From Cenococcum geophilum (Eukaryota): DNA of 64,000 bases. The stretch's first letter is position 1, and every line of letters begins with the position of its first letter. The stretch spans positions 21,204,001 through 21,268,000 of the forward strand of contig CP158635.1 in the NCBI GenBank assembly GCA_050273025.1, in the 5' to 3' direction. Under the pieces are notes generated by a model. The model was not told where the DNA came from, did not search any database, and saw only the letters and a program-made list of their open reading frames with translations. Made by a program: the position numbers and the translations under genes. This document shows, one piece after another, positions 1 to 10,889 of the stretch.

Positions 1-363
1 AGTATTTGGTACTATCTTATATTAGCTTAAGCGTCTCTTAAATAAACTTGTTATTTAGGTATTTATTAACTATAATCTGTTTAATTAATTAATTAGGTAT
101 TTTAAGGACGTATACTATAAGGTCTTTAGTAAGAGGGTTAAATAGTTTAAAATAAAGTAGGGTCTAGTTTTAGTAAGAGCGCACTTCTTCTAGTGCTAGC
201 GCGTCTTGCAAATATTAGGTTAGAGTATTAGGCTTCTAACCTTAAACGCCTAGGCGGTATATAATTAAGAATTAAAAATAGGATAGATATTCTAACCAGC
301 GGGCCTAATAATGTCTTAGCTATTTTATAGTTGTAAAGTACTATAGATTTTTATAGTTGCTAA
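1..363 (-). pseudogene. Gypsy A pol fragment (end of RNase H and connection region)
   Basis: Minus translation NYKNL*YFTTIK*LRHY*ARWLEYLSYFNF = DHKNL..RQARWSEYLSRF motif. Confidence 0.85.
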
Positions 364-568
364 TATCACAAGGCGCGGAACAGTGGCTGCTAAACGTATG
401 TATTCAAGGAGTCTACAAGACGTTACGCGATCGATCGTAAGGATTGAGGGCGTAGGAAGGTAATATACTACGCGTGGCTGACGTAAGCTGTACGCGAAGC
501 GTACGCGAGGGCACGGGGTTCCGCTAGGGAGTCTCCTATGGAGGCTCCTGCGGCGGCGTTCCGTGACA
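364..568 (-). repeat. 3' LTR of Gypsy B
   Basis: TATCACA...GTGACA; direct repeat of 8445-8649 differing by transitions. Confidence 0.95.
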
Positions 569-999
569 CTACCCCCCCTCTTATAGAGGCGGAGCTTTGG
601 CGACGCTATGGTTACTATATACATATAGAAGGAACGCTTAAGGCATAGAAAAGGAAAAGAAATAACACTAAAGGGGTTGGTGGTGTAGAGTTCTGCCAGC
701 TCTAATCATTAAATAGACTAATTAGGATTTTCCATCCCTGGGATAAAAAATCGCTATTAGCTTAGTAGAAGGCGGTAAGCTAAACTAATATCTTTATAGT
801 CCGCAGCGATATTACGTAATAAGGCTTGGCACCTAAGAATTCAACCAATTAGATAACTTTAACCGGCGGTTAAAGTTCCTAAACATCTTAACGATTTTTC
901 GGTCACGTAATGACAATCTACGGCAATTTAACGGCAATTTGCCCTTACGTAGTAGTGTACAACGGTTAAACTCTATAAGGGCTCCCATAGAGGATTAGG

Positions 1000-3900
1000 C
1001 ACGAAATCTCTACTTAGGCCTAGTTTCTGCAGGTTTACGTGGTAAAAGTCGCTAATTAGGTCCTTTACATTTTCAAAGTCTTCCTATAGTTGCCATTCTG
1101 GCTAATCTATGTCGAATCCTATATAGATAGCTCTATAGTAGAGCCGCCGTCCTCTGCCTTTGCTAAAGTATTTAAAGTTAATAATTCGTTTAACGGTCCA
1201 CTCCTTATAGTTCTTATCCTTATTCTCATCTCAAATTAATACTAGTGGGGGTTTAGGCTATATCTATCCTAGTAAGGGGTTAGGCTGGTAAAGGTGTAGT
1301 AGCTATAGGTAAAATATAGGCTATATCCTACGGGTAGCTAGGGTAAGTGGGAGCTCTAGCTTATATGCGGCTCCCTTATTAATAACTCATTTAATCTAAT
1401 AGGGGCTAAAATTCTTATAATTAAGTAACTTTATAGGCCTCTATATAGAGATATTGTGTATATCTAGCTATACCCAGTCGCTAACACGCATCTCCGGTGG
1501 TGGCGTTCTATAACAGTTGGCGAAGTAGGCCTACTTTGCTTAAGCCCAGGCCATTTCTCCCCTATAGTAGTTAAGTAGATTTTTTATACGGTCTGTATGC
1601 TGGTTAGTAAGTAGCATCTTAAGGCGTTTTCCGTATAGCAGTTTCTTATTAATAGGTTCTAGTGGCTCTATACTAGATTAGGGGTAATAACCCTTATTCG
1701 CGAAGAACGGAGTAAGTCCTATAGTGGCTAAGACGTAGTTATTAGCTATAAACTCGCTTAGTAGGAGGTAATCTACCCAGTTGTCCTGGCTGTAGGCAAC
1801 AACCTATCGTAAGTACGCCTTTATACTGGCGTTAGCGTTTTCTAGCTATCCTATAGTCTTATAGTAGAAGAATATAGACATCTTAATAAAGATACTAAGA
1901 CGTTAACAGATCCGTCTCTATAGGTTAGAGTTAAATTACGTATCCTAGTCGGACGTAATAGAGTTAGGTATTCCATATAGTCGGTAAACTTCGCAAAAAA
2001 AAGCGTCTGCGACGTTATTTACGGCTATGCCTTCGGTTAGGACGTAGTGACATTCCTTTATAAGTCGGTATATTATTATTAGGATGTTCTTATAGGTATA
2101 ACTATACCGTTTATAGGGTAGTAGGTTAGTAATAAAGTCTATAGCTATATCTACCTACCGCCGTATAGGGATTAATAGCAAGTATAGTAGTCCTTAGTAC
2201 TTAGTGCGAAAGGCCTTAGCGCGCTTATAGCTATAGTAGGCGCTTATAAAGCGTTTAACTAAGTCTATTATCTTAGGCTAGAAGTAGTATCGGCTAAGGA
2301 GTTTGTACGTTTCTCTTCTACCTAAGTAACCGCTTAACTGGAGGTCGTAGGCCATCTAGATTAGTTATTATTATAGGTCTTCTAAATTAGGGACGAATAG
2401 ACGGCCTCTATAGTAGAGTCTATTCTCCTTTATTTCTAAGGCTGCTATATTAATTTGGCCTAAGTTTTAGAGGCTAGTAGGTAGCTTATAAACGCTAATA
2501 GTTTTCGCGGTAATAAGTTAGTATAATAACGGGTTAATAGAGATATTATATATAGCAGTAATAAGCTTATTAATTTCGGGGGGCGGCTTTAAGTCTATAG
2601 CGTAAAGCTAAGGTATAGATGGTTCTGTTATAGGTAGTATACTAGGGGCCAGGTTCCTTACTTTTAGGATTATCTACTATTAGAACTAATTATAAGGGTT
2701 ATCCTCTAACTAAGGAAGATCTTACAAGCGGCGTGTTAGGCTATTAGGTTTTATGTCTTATACTCCTAGCCTATATATAATTTTAAAGTTAAAACCGGAG
2801 AGGAACTCGTTCTAACGTGCTTAGTATTAGTTTAGCTACTTTATGGTTATAAAGTACTTAAGGTTGCGATAATCCATAAGGACTTTAGTTGGCTAGTTAG
2901 GTTCTACTAAGGAGAGTTCTAGTTAAAATTCTTTAAACGCTTATATAATCGTAAGGAGTTCTTTATTATAGATTTCGTAGTTATACTCTTATAGTATAAG
3001 CTTAGACGAGTAGAATATGACTAGGTAGAGGAAACCGTTATCCCCTATTTAGGAGAGGATGCCTACGTTAATATAGTCTAAGGAGTTAGTTTTGAGATAG
3101 AGTTGTCGTCCTAGTATAAAGTGAGCTAGAATAGGTGCTTTAGTAAAGGCATTTTTAAGGTCTTAGAACGCCTTCTTGCAGTTAGGCGTTTAGGTAAAGC
3201 GTAAGTACGTTTTTCTTCCTTTTATAAAAAGGCCCTTCGTTCGCATTATTGCTATAAGTAGTGCTACTACGCCTAAGAAGTTGTATATAAATTTTCGATA
3301 AAAGTTAACAAAACTAAGGAAGGCTTATACGTCCTTAATATAGTTAGGGGCTTGCTATTTGGTAATTATGCGTACCTTTTTGGGGTCTATACGGACACCC
3401 TTAGTAGTAATAATTAGTCTAAGGTATTTTACTTCTATAACTAAGAATTTGCACTTCTTTAAATTAATATAAAGTCCTACTTCCCTAAGGTGCTATAGGA
3501 CCTTTTAAACGTGCTTAGTATACTTAAAAAGGTCGTCGCTATAAATAAGTATATCGTCTAGGTACGCCGAGCAGAAGTCATTAAGGTAGTCCTATAAGGC
3601 GTTATTAATATAGCTTTAGAAGGTGCCTGGGCCGTTATATACGCTAAAGGATATAATAGTATATTCGAATTAGCCGAAGCGCAATGCGAATACGGTTTTC
3701 TATTTATCACCTTCCTGTATTTGGAAATAGTTAAAGGCGGCGATAATATTAAGCTTAGTATAGATTTTGGCTTAACTAAGCCGCTTAAGGGTCTCACGTA
3801 TAAGCGGTACTGGGTATCGGTTCTTAATTATAATAGCGTTAAGTCCTCTATAGTTAACGCAAAATCAGATACCTTCTCCTAGCTTCTTAGCGAGAAGGAT

Positions 3901-6900
3901 AGGGGCGGCTGTTAGTAATATACTAGGACGAATAAACCCTTTATTAAGGTGCTCGTTAATATACTTTTTTATAACTAGAAGTTTGTCTTTTAATATTAGG
4001 TAGGGTCTCTTATAAGGTAGCATTTTTCCTTATTTAATGTTAATAGTATAGTTGTTAGGTTAATGTGGGGGGAGTATATCTATGCCCTTTTGTAAGCATA
4101 TATTAATAAAGTTGTAGTACCTTTTAGGGAGGAGCTTGCGGAGTTCCTTGTTAGTAAGTCCCTTTTTAAGCTTTATAAACTTCTTAAAGTCTAAGGTTAA
4201 GAGTTTATTAAGTTCTACGGGCGTATTGTCCTCTAAAAGGTCTATTAGATCTATCCTATTACTATAAAGGATATAATCCTATTCTTTATTAAGTTTATAT
4301 AGCCGTAAGTAGAAGGCCGCTATAATAACCTAGCTTTTCCTTTGTGCTATATAATAGAAGGCTACGGCACTAATATAGTAACAGTTAGTCGTAGGTAGTG
4401 TAATTAGAGGTTCTTTAGGTTAATATCCTAGAGAGTAGGTAGAGGCGGCTAGGCTATACCCTAGGTAGGTCTCTCTATAGTAGTTAGAGTTAAAGGTCAC
4501 TTCTCTTTTCTTCTAGTTAATAATAGGGTTATACTGCTCGAGCCAGTTTATTCTAAGGATAATAGGGTAATTGGTAAGTAGTATAACGTAGGCCCAGAGC
4601 TCTTCTTAGTGTCCGTTTATATCTAGGTAAAGTTATACCATATAAGTAATCTTTTATATAGTATAACTACCGTTAGCGAGTTATAGGGCGCGGGCTTTGA
4701 TAAGGGGTAAGGTTAGTAGGTTTTTTTATTTTTATTTTTTTATCCGTTGTATTATACTACGTACAATACCGCGCATGCAGCCTCTAGGCTATGGCGCTAT
4801 AGTCCTATATACATGAATCCCTTAGGGCAGCTTAACATGTACTAGTAACTATGTCCTAGTAGTTTATAAGCCCCTAATCTAGGGGTTTATAGTTCCTTAG
4901 TAAGATACTAAGTTACAAGCAACTACTAGGGAATGAGAAAACGGTAGAAAACTATAAGAAATAAGGGATCCTAACGCCTATCCCTGTCCTTTTGTAATTT
5001 ATCTCTGTCCTTTTGCTTACTAATATCTCTTTTCTAGAAGCCTAGTAGGAGTTACCTCCTTCTATAGATCCTGCTGTTATTAGCCACTTTCTAGTAGCTA
5101 TCCCTGTCCTACTTAGAAATAGGAAAAGCACCTCTCTTCCTTTTTGTGTACAAAATAGCTTCTTTAGAGAGAGAGAAGAGCCTAGTTTCTTTTGCATTTC
5201 TCTTCTTTCTTCTCTATATAGGTTACAGTCTAGTAGTAAGTGCTTAGGGGTTTGTAGTGCTCTACATTCCCTAAAGCATCTACCTTCTTTATCCTCCCCT
5301 ATTACTTTAAGGAAGGATTTAAAATAGCCTTTTCCTAGCTTTAGCTGGATAAAAGCTGATTGTAGCCTTTTAGGATATTTATTCTTAGGGGCTTTAAGAG
5401 AAAAGGAATGGCTTCCTGTACAGATCCTAGTATAGTGTTTTCCTTTATTCTTATTCTGCTGCCAGTTATTTTTCCACTGTTCTAGTATCTTTTCTCTTGC
5501 TGCTCTCCCTATATAGGCTAAGGAGGTATAAGAAGATTATAGTTTTCTTCTAAAAAGGCCCTTTTTTGCTAGCTTATCTGCTATTTCGTTCCCATAGATT
5601 CCTAGATGGCTAGGAACCCAATAGAAGTTAATAGAGATCCCCTTGCTAGCTAAATAGGAACAGCTTTGCGTAATTTTAAAGACTAGTTCTTGCCCCCCTG
5701 TAAGAGAATTAAGCTGTAATCTCTTAATAGCCGCTTAGCTATCTATAAAGATATAGACTTGTTTCTCTTCTAGTCTTTGTTGTTTTAGGTGTTCTAGGGC
5801 CCTATAGACTGCATAAAGCTCTGCGTCTATAATTTCCATATAGGGTCCTAAATTCCAATTTGTTGCATATTTAATCCTATTTCTCTCCCCTATTTTACAT
5901 ACAGCAGCTGCACTTAATTTACTGTCTTTAGAGCCATCTGTATAGTATATATCTACTAGGTCCCACTCTAGGGATTCTTGTAGATTTTCTACTAGTCTTA
6001 GATGTTCTTGTGCAGCTTCTTCCTTACTACCTCTTGAGATAGAAAAGGATGCAGAAATAGGAGGAGACCACGGTTTTTGCCACTCTAGAGAGATTCTCTC
6101 TATTTTCCAATTTTGAATTAGCTGCTGAACTCTAGAGGTTAGAGATAGTAGCTGTGTCTTTGGCTGTAAGAGGTACTTTATAGTAGAGTTTTTAGGGCTA
6201 GAGCTAGAGCTAGAGTTGGCTGCTAATTCGTCCCTATCTTTGTTGATCTCTTCTATATAAACCTTCTTAATTGCGTGGTTTTCCTTAAATTTTAGGATTC
6301 TTAACGCGTAGCTATTGCAAAGCTTTTCAAATCTAATTCTAGGAGGGGGAATAGAGGCTTCAATCTCTATAGCTTGGCTAGGAGATCCTCTAAACGCTCC
6401 TAGGTTAGTAGGTTATATTTACACACAAATTAGGTATCTATAAATTTATTAGTAGCTCCGCAGTTAATTATAGAACGGTCTTTATATTATTTTTTAGCAG
6501 TTGTTCCTATTACAGGTAAAACTATTTATTTCCATCCGTTTATTCTTACTAAGTTATCTATTAAGTAGGCCGATATATAGATCCCTCTATTATTAGGGTA
6601 TCTTAGCTTACGACTTAGGGCTAAGACTAAATATTTCCCGCTACTTCCGCTGCTGCTACTTCTTTATCTTATACGGTAACGGTGCGTAGCGAGGTATTCA
6701 GTATTTAAGGTATAAAGTTAGGTATTAGGCGGCGATTATTAAACCTAGCCATTAGGCAGTTCGGGTTTTTATAGTAATAGCCTTCTTAACAGCATCTATA
6801 GCAGCGCCCTAGCTTCTAAAGTAGCTTACACTCTCCGTCTAGGAGTTTATATAGGAAGGTTAGTATAAAGAGGTTAATATTAGCTCCGGTAGTGGTATTA

Positions 6901-8390
6901 GTAGTAGGCGTCGGTGACCTAGTATATATAGGTATAGTTAGCCCAAAGGGCTTTTATATAGGAGCCTTTAGGTAAGGGTTAGTAGTAAATATCTAATTTA
7001 GCCGTCATTCAATCTTCTATAGGGCTGCCACTATGCTATAAACGTTATTGTAATTGTAACTAGCGGCAGCGTAACTAAGATAATAGGTGACCTTTTTAAG
7101 GAGGTCTTCCTAGTCTTTAGCGTCATCTTAGGAGAGGACTCTAGTGTATTCCTAGAACTTAACATAGAACTCATTAAATAACTTAGTAGGACTTATCTTT
7201 AGGGCGCGTAGTTTGGCTTAACTAGTGGCCACTAGGTTGTAGTCGCAATATATTAGGTTAAGATTATTAAGGACCTTATAGTAGGACTGCCACTTTTAGG
7301 GGCTATTAGTCTCCTATTAGGCGAAGAGTCTGTTAAATAGGGTACCCTTTATACGCCTAATAATATAACCAATTTTGGTATTCTCCCTAGGAAAAAGGCA
7401 GGCGCTCTAGGTTAGTTTCTCGCGGATTTATATCTTCTAGTGGCTGTATTCCTTGCGGTCTCCCTAGAAGACTAGGGGATCGGGGTATTGTATATTAGAC
7501 CCCGTAATTATAGCTTAAGTTCGGTCACTATTATAGGGGTTATCCCTATTAGGTAAAGCTGCTTAACGCTAACTTTTGGCTAAGTATTAGGTGGGTGAGG
7601 TTGCTGGAAGCGTAGAGACTTAGGTAGTATAGTACGTAGTAGGGAGGTGCTTAGCATCGTTATAGATGTGCTTGTTAAGCTAAGACTATAGGTATTTAAT
7701 TGTGCCTTTTTTCTCAGTAACCTAGGCAATAAGTACAATCTTAGCTTTCTTTAATCGTTAAATATCGCGCTTAGATATGCGGAGGTTATCTTTAGTCTTT
7801 TAGCGTGTGTTATTAGCAAGTGCCTCACTAGCTTATAAGTCTTGGATAATATTATAATCTTAGGCAATACGTAGTTCAGCTTATATCAGCTTTAGGTAGT
7901 AGTTCTATAGAAAGCGGTAGTATTTATTAGGTTCTCTTACTACTATTTATATAAATATCTCGGCGTCTTATATTTCGATCTTAATGGGTAGCTGCCCTTC
8001 TAGTTGCTTTTCCATAGCTGTATAATTAATAAAGGATAAGACGTCGCCGGTGTCTATCTTGTTAAGGTTATTACTGTGGCCGCCTATACTAATAGGGGTG
8101 TACCCATCCTACTAGGCTGGTTAACTCTTATCGTCTTTAAGGTGGTGCTAGGTACTTAAGGGTACTTATAGTTATAACTCTTCTAAGCCACTAGGCTTGC
8201 CCTTAGGGGTTAAGGCTAGGGTTAATAAATTAAATTCTCCTAGGATTAATTAGCGTCGTAGGTTAGGTTAGGGTATTAGGTTACTCTTTAGGCTTAATAT
8301 AGTGGCTAGTAAGGAATCTTGTCTTACTATTGTAGTGCGAAGGTTGCTCGTAGACACGCTGCTTCTAGCAGCGCCTATAGTATCGTAAAG
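1000..8390 (-). pseudogene. Gypsy B gag-pol (RIP pseudogene, interrupted by a LINE)
   Basis: RT 'DFCSAYLDDILIYS' ~3540-3580; RNase H 'YEIYNKELLTII' ~2950; integrase 'DIAIDFIT' ~2140; chromodomain 'EWTVKRII...PEWQL*EDFEN' ~1060-1200. Confidence 0.9.
4723..6401 (-). mobile_element. 5'-truncated Tad1-like LINE (end of ORF2 with RNase H, plus 3' UTR and A-rich tail)
   Basis: T-rich tail at ~4721-4742; TSD AGGTTAGTAGGTT at 4710-4722 and 6402-6414; minus translation 'IYYTDGSK', 'IIDAELYAV', 'YIFIDS*AAIKRL', 'YWVPSHLGIYGNEIADKLAK' (RNase H) and a C-terminal 'C..ECRALQTPKHLLLDC' Cys-His motif. Confidence 0.92.
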
Positions 8391-8444
8391 ACGTAGAATT
8401 GGTCGTAGGCTAGGTGTTAGTGGTAAAAAAAAGGCGTAACGTAA

Positions 8445-8649
8445 TATTACGAGGCGCGGAATAGTGGCTGCTAAATATATGTATTTGAGGAGTCTATAAA
8501 ACGTTACGCAATCAATCATAAGGATTGAGGGCGTAGGAAGGTAATATACTACGCGTAGCTGACGTAAGCTGTACGTAAAGCGTACGCAAGGGCACGGGGT
8601 TCCGCTAGGGAGTCTCCTATAGAGGCTCCTACGGCGGCGTTCCGTAACA
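8445..8649 (-). repeat. 5' LTR of Gypsy B
   Basis: TATTACG...GTAACA; direct repeat of 364-568. Confidence 0.95.
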
Positions 8650-10416
8650 GCTAAGGACCTTAATTAAAAATCTAGCGCCTTCTAGTTTAGGTTACTATTA
8701 TTTAAAACATCTAATAATAGCTAGTAACTCCTTATTGTAGATTTTATAGTTATATTCGGCTAGGCTTAGTTATTTTAAGTAGTATGCTATAGGGTATAAT
8801 ACTCTATCTTCGTTATATTAAGATAGAATACCTCTAGTAATATAGTTGGATAAGTCAGCTTCTATAATACTTATTTAGTTTAGGTTAAAGTATTAAAGTA
8901 TAGGCGCGGTAGTAAATATAACCTTTAGATAAGTAAAGGCCTTCTTATATTCCTTATTAAAGATAAAGACTTTATCCTTTTAGGTTAAAGCTATAAGGGG
9001 TAAAACTAGGGTGGAGAAGTTATTAATAAACCGTTAGTAGAAATTAGTAAATCCTATAAAGGCTTTTATATCCTTAACATTCTTAGGTTCTTACCAGTTT
9101 ACAATTACTTTAACTTTCTTTAGGTCTATTTATATGCCGTTTATAAAAATAAGAAGCCTAAGGTATAGGACTTCTATTTTATAGAATTTGTATTTATCTA
9201 TATCTAATTATAGACTAGCTCCTTATAGGGCTTATAAAATAAGGTCAACGTACTTCCGGTATTTAGTTAGGTTATTACTATATAAAGGTGGTTAAATATA
9301 GAGATAATATTAAGCTTTGTGTAGAAGCGAGCCTTACTTAGTTAATTTAGCGTCTCTTATATTAGTGGGATTAGATATTAATTCTTAATAGTGACGGCGT
9401 TAAGAGCTTAGTAGTCTACGCAGAAGCGTAATCCGCTGCTTAGTTTCTTAACGAAGATTACTAGTACGGCTATAAGTAAAGAGCTTACTCTAATAAATCC
9501 TTTACTTAAGTTCTCGTCTAGGTACTTCTATAGTACTTAGAGTTTATTTTAGGATATCCCGTATAGGGGTCTAAATTTAGGCTGCTTTCCTTCTTTAAGT
9601 ACAATCTTATAATTATATGGTCGTTATTCTGGTAGCTTATTAGCTTCCTTCTATAAGAATACCTCTAGGCGGTTATAGTACTTTACTAGTACCTTTATAG
9701 CAGGGTTAGTATACTTCTTTAGTGCTAAGGCTTTCTTAATATTAGCTATAGTAATAGTAAAGATTATATGCTTAGGTTTCTTAGCAAGTTATGCTAATAG
9801 AGTAGCTCCAATTATACGGATATCTAGGGTACTAAGCTCGCTTAGATCGTCTATAGTTTCTTATTTAGGTTTAGGTTTAGTATTAGGTATAGTATTAGTG
9901 TTAAATTCGGGTTTAGGTTCTTTAAGTATTCTTTTTATTATAGGGTACTAGTTCTTCTAGTAGTTTTGTATACTAAGCTTAAGCTTTTACTTAGTTTAGG
10001 GCGGTACGGTGCTTAGTAATAACTTATAGAGTTTAGTAGATTTTTTGGATCTTTAGTAGATGTCAGTGGAATTCTTATATTAGTAGAATTCGGTAGAATT
10101 CCTGTGCTAGTAGAATCTGGTAGATTCCTTAGGTGTAAAGTAGACATTAATAAAAATCTTAGGCTAGTAGATCTTAGTGGATTTCTTAAATTTTAGTTTA
10201 GGGTTAAAGCGGTATATTATAAAGCATTCTTACTTATAACGCGGGGTAGTAAATAAAAGCTTAAAGTTATTCTAATTAATAGTTACCTTATATAGCTTTA
10301 TCTAGGGTTATCTAAGGATTACTAGGTAACCTAGGGTGGTAATAAAAAGCCTAATTAGTTCTTTATGGTTTAGGTATTAAAGTCTTAGGCATACTACAGG
10401 TAATTTAGCCTAAGAC
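8650..10416 (-). pseudogene. Gypsy A pol (protease C-terminus, linker, RT with internal deletion, RNase H start)
   Basis: Minus translation '[26 protein letters not shown]', 'KCKFYKIEVLYLGF', 'DIKAFIGFTNFY*RFI'. Confidence 0.85.
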
Positions 10417-10844
10417 TATTACGGACGCTTTAAGTACAATGTTACGACTACTTGGAGAAGAGTCAGAAGAAGCTAGTTAGTTAATAAAAGCACGGTCCAG
10501 GATAGATCCGGTAGAGCTATGTGACGAGGAATAGTAACCAAGGTCACATAATGTAATCTGTATAATCTATAGGATCTGTGTAATCCGCGACAGAGCAGAC
10601 AGAGCGCACGTACATTACATACAAGAAGGATTTCATAGGAGTTCGGTTGTGTATTTAAGGACCCTTAGTCCCTACCTAGATAGTTCCTTCCTTATAGTAA
10701 TTCTTAGAATACAATTAGAGTTAATCTATTAGGCAACCACTCTACTAGTTATTATTTACGTTGTTAATTACTGTCTTTACATTTCCTATACACCTAGCCT
10801 ATTAACAGAACCCACCGTAGTACTTGCTACAAGGTTCCGTTATA
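10417..10844 (+). repeat. 5' LTR of Gypsy C
   Basis: TATTACGG...CCGTTATA; direct repeat of 18044-18471. Confidence 0.95.
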
Positions 10845-10889
10845 CAATTACTACCTAGTTACAGTATTAAATATAGAAAGTTAAATAAC

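Larger units (their letters stand above)
364..8649 (-). mobile_element. Ty3/Gypsy chromovirus B, complete, 205-bp LTRs, 5-bp TSD GCTAA
   Basis: LTRs at 364-568 and 8445-8649; GCTAA at 359-363 and 8650-8654; polypurine tract (revcomp of CTACCCCCCCTC) at 569-580; gag-PR-RT-RH-IN-chromodomain relics on the minus strand. Confidence 0.95.

Noticed and set aside
325..624. 99-aa ORF (and its counterpart 8268-8519)
   Set aside because: Runs through LTR sequence and is not conserved as an open frame between the two LTRs
679..797. Possible hammerhead or hairpin ribozyme in the shared 3' UTR hairpin
   Set aside because: I could not find CTGANGA/GAAA cores or hairpin-ribozyme loop motifs on either strand, even after RIP reversal
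9864..9918. TTTAGG/TTAGG units suggesting an interstitial telomere
   Set aside because: Few, degenerate, not TTAGGG, and in frame within the Gypsy A pol linker
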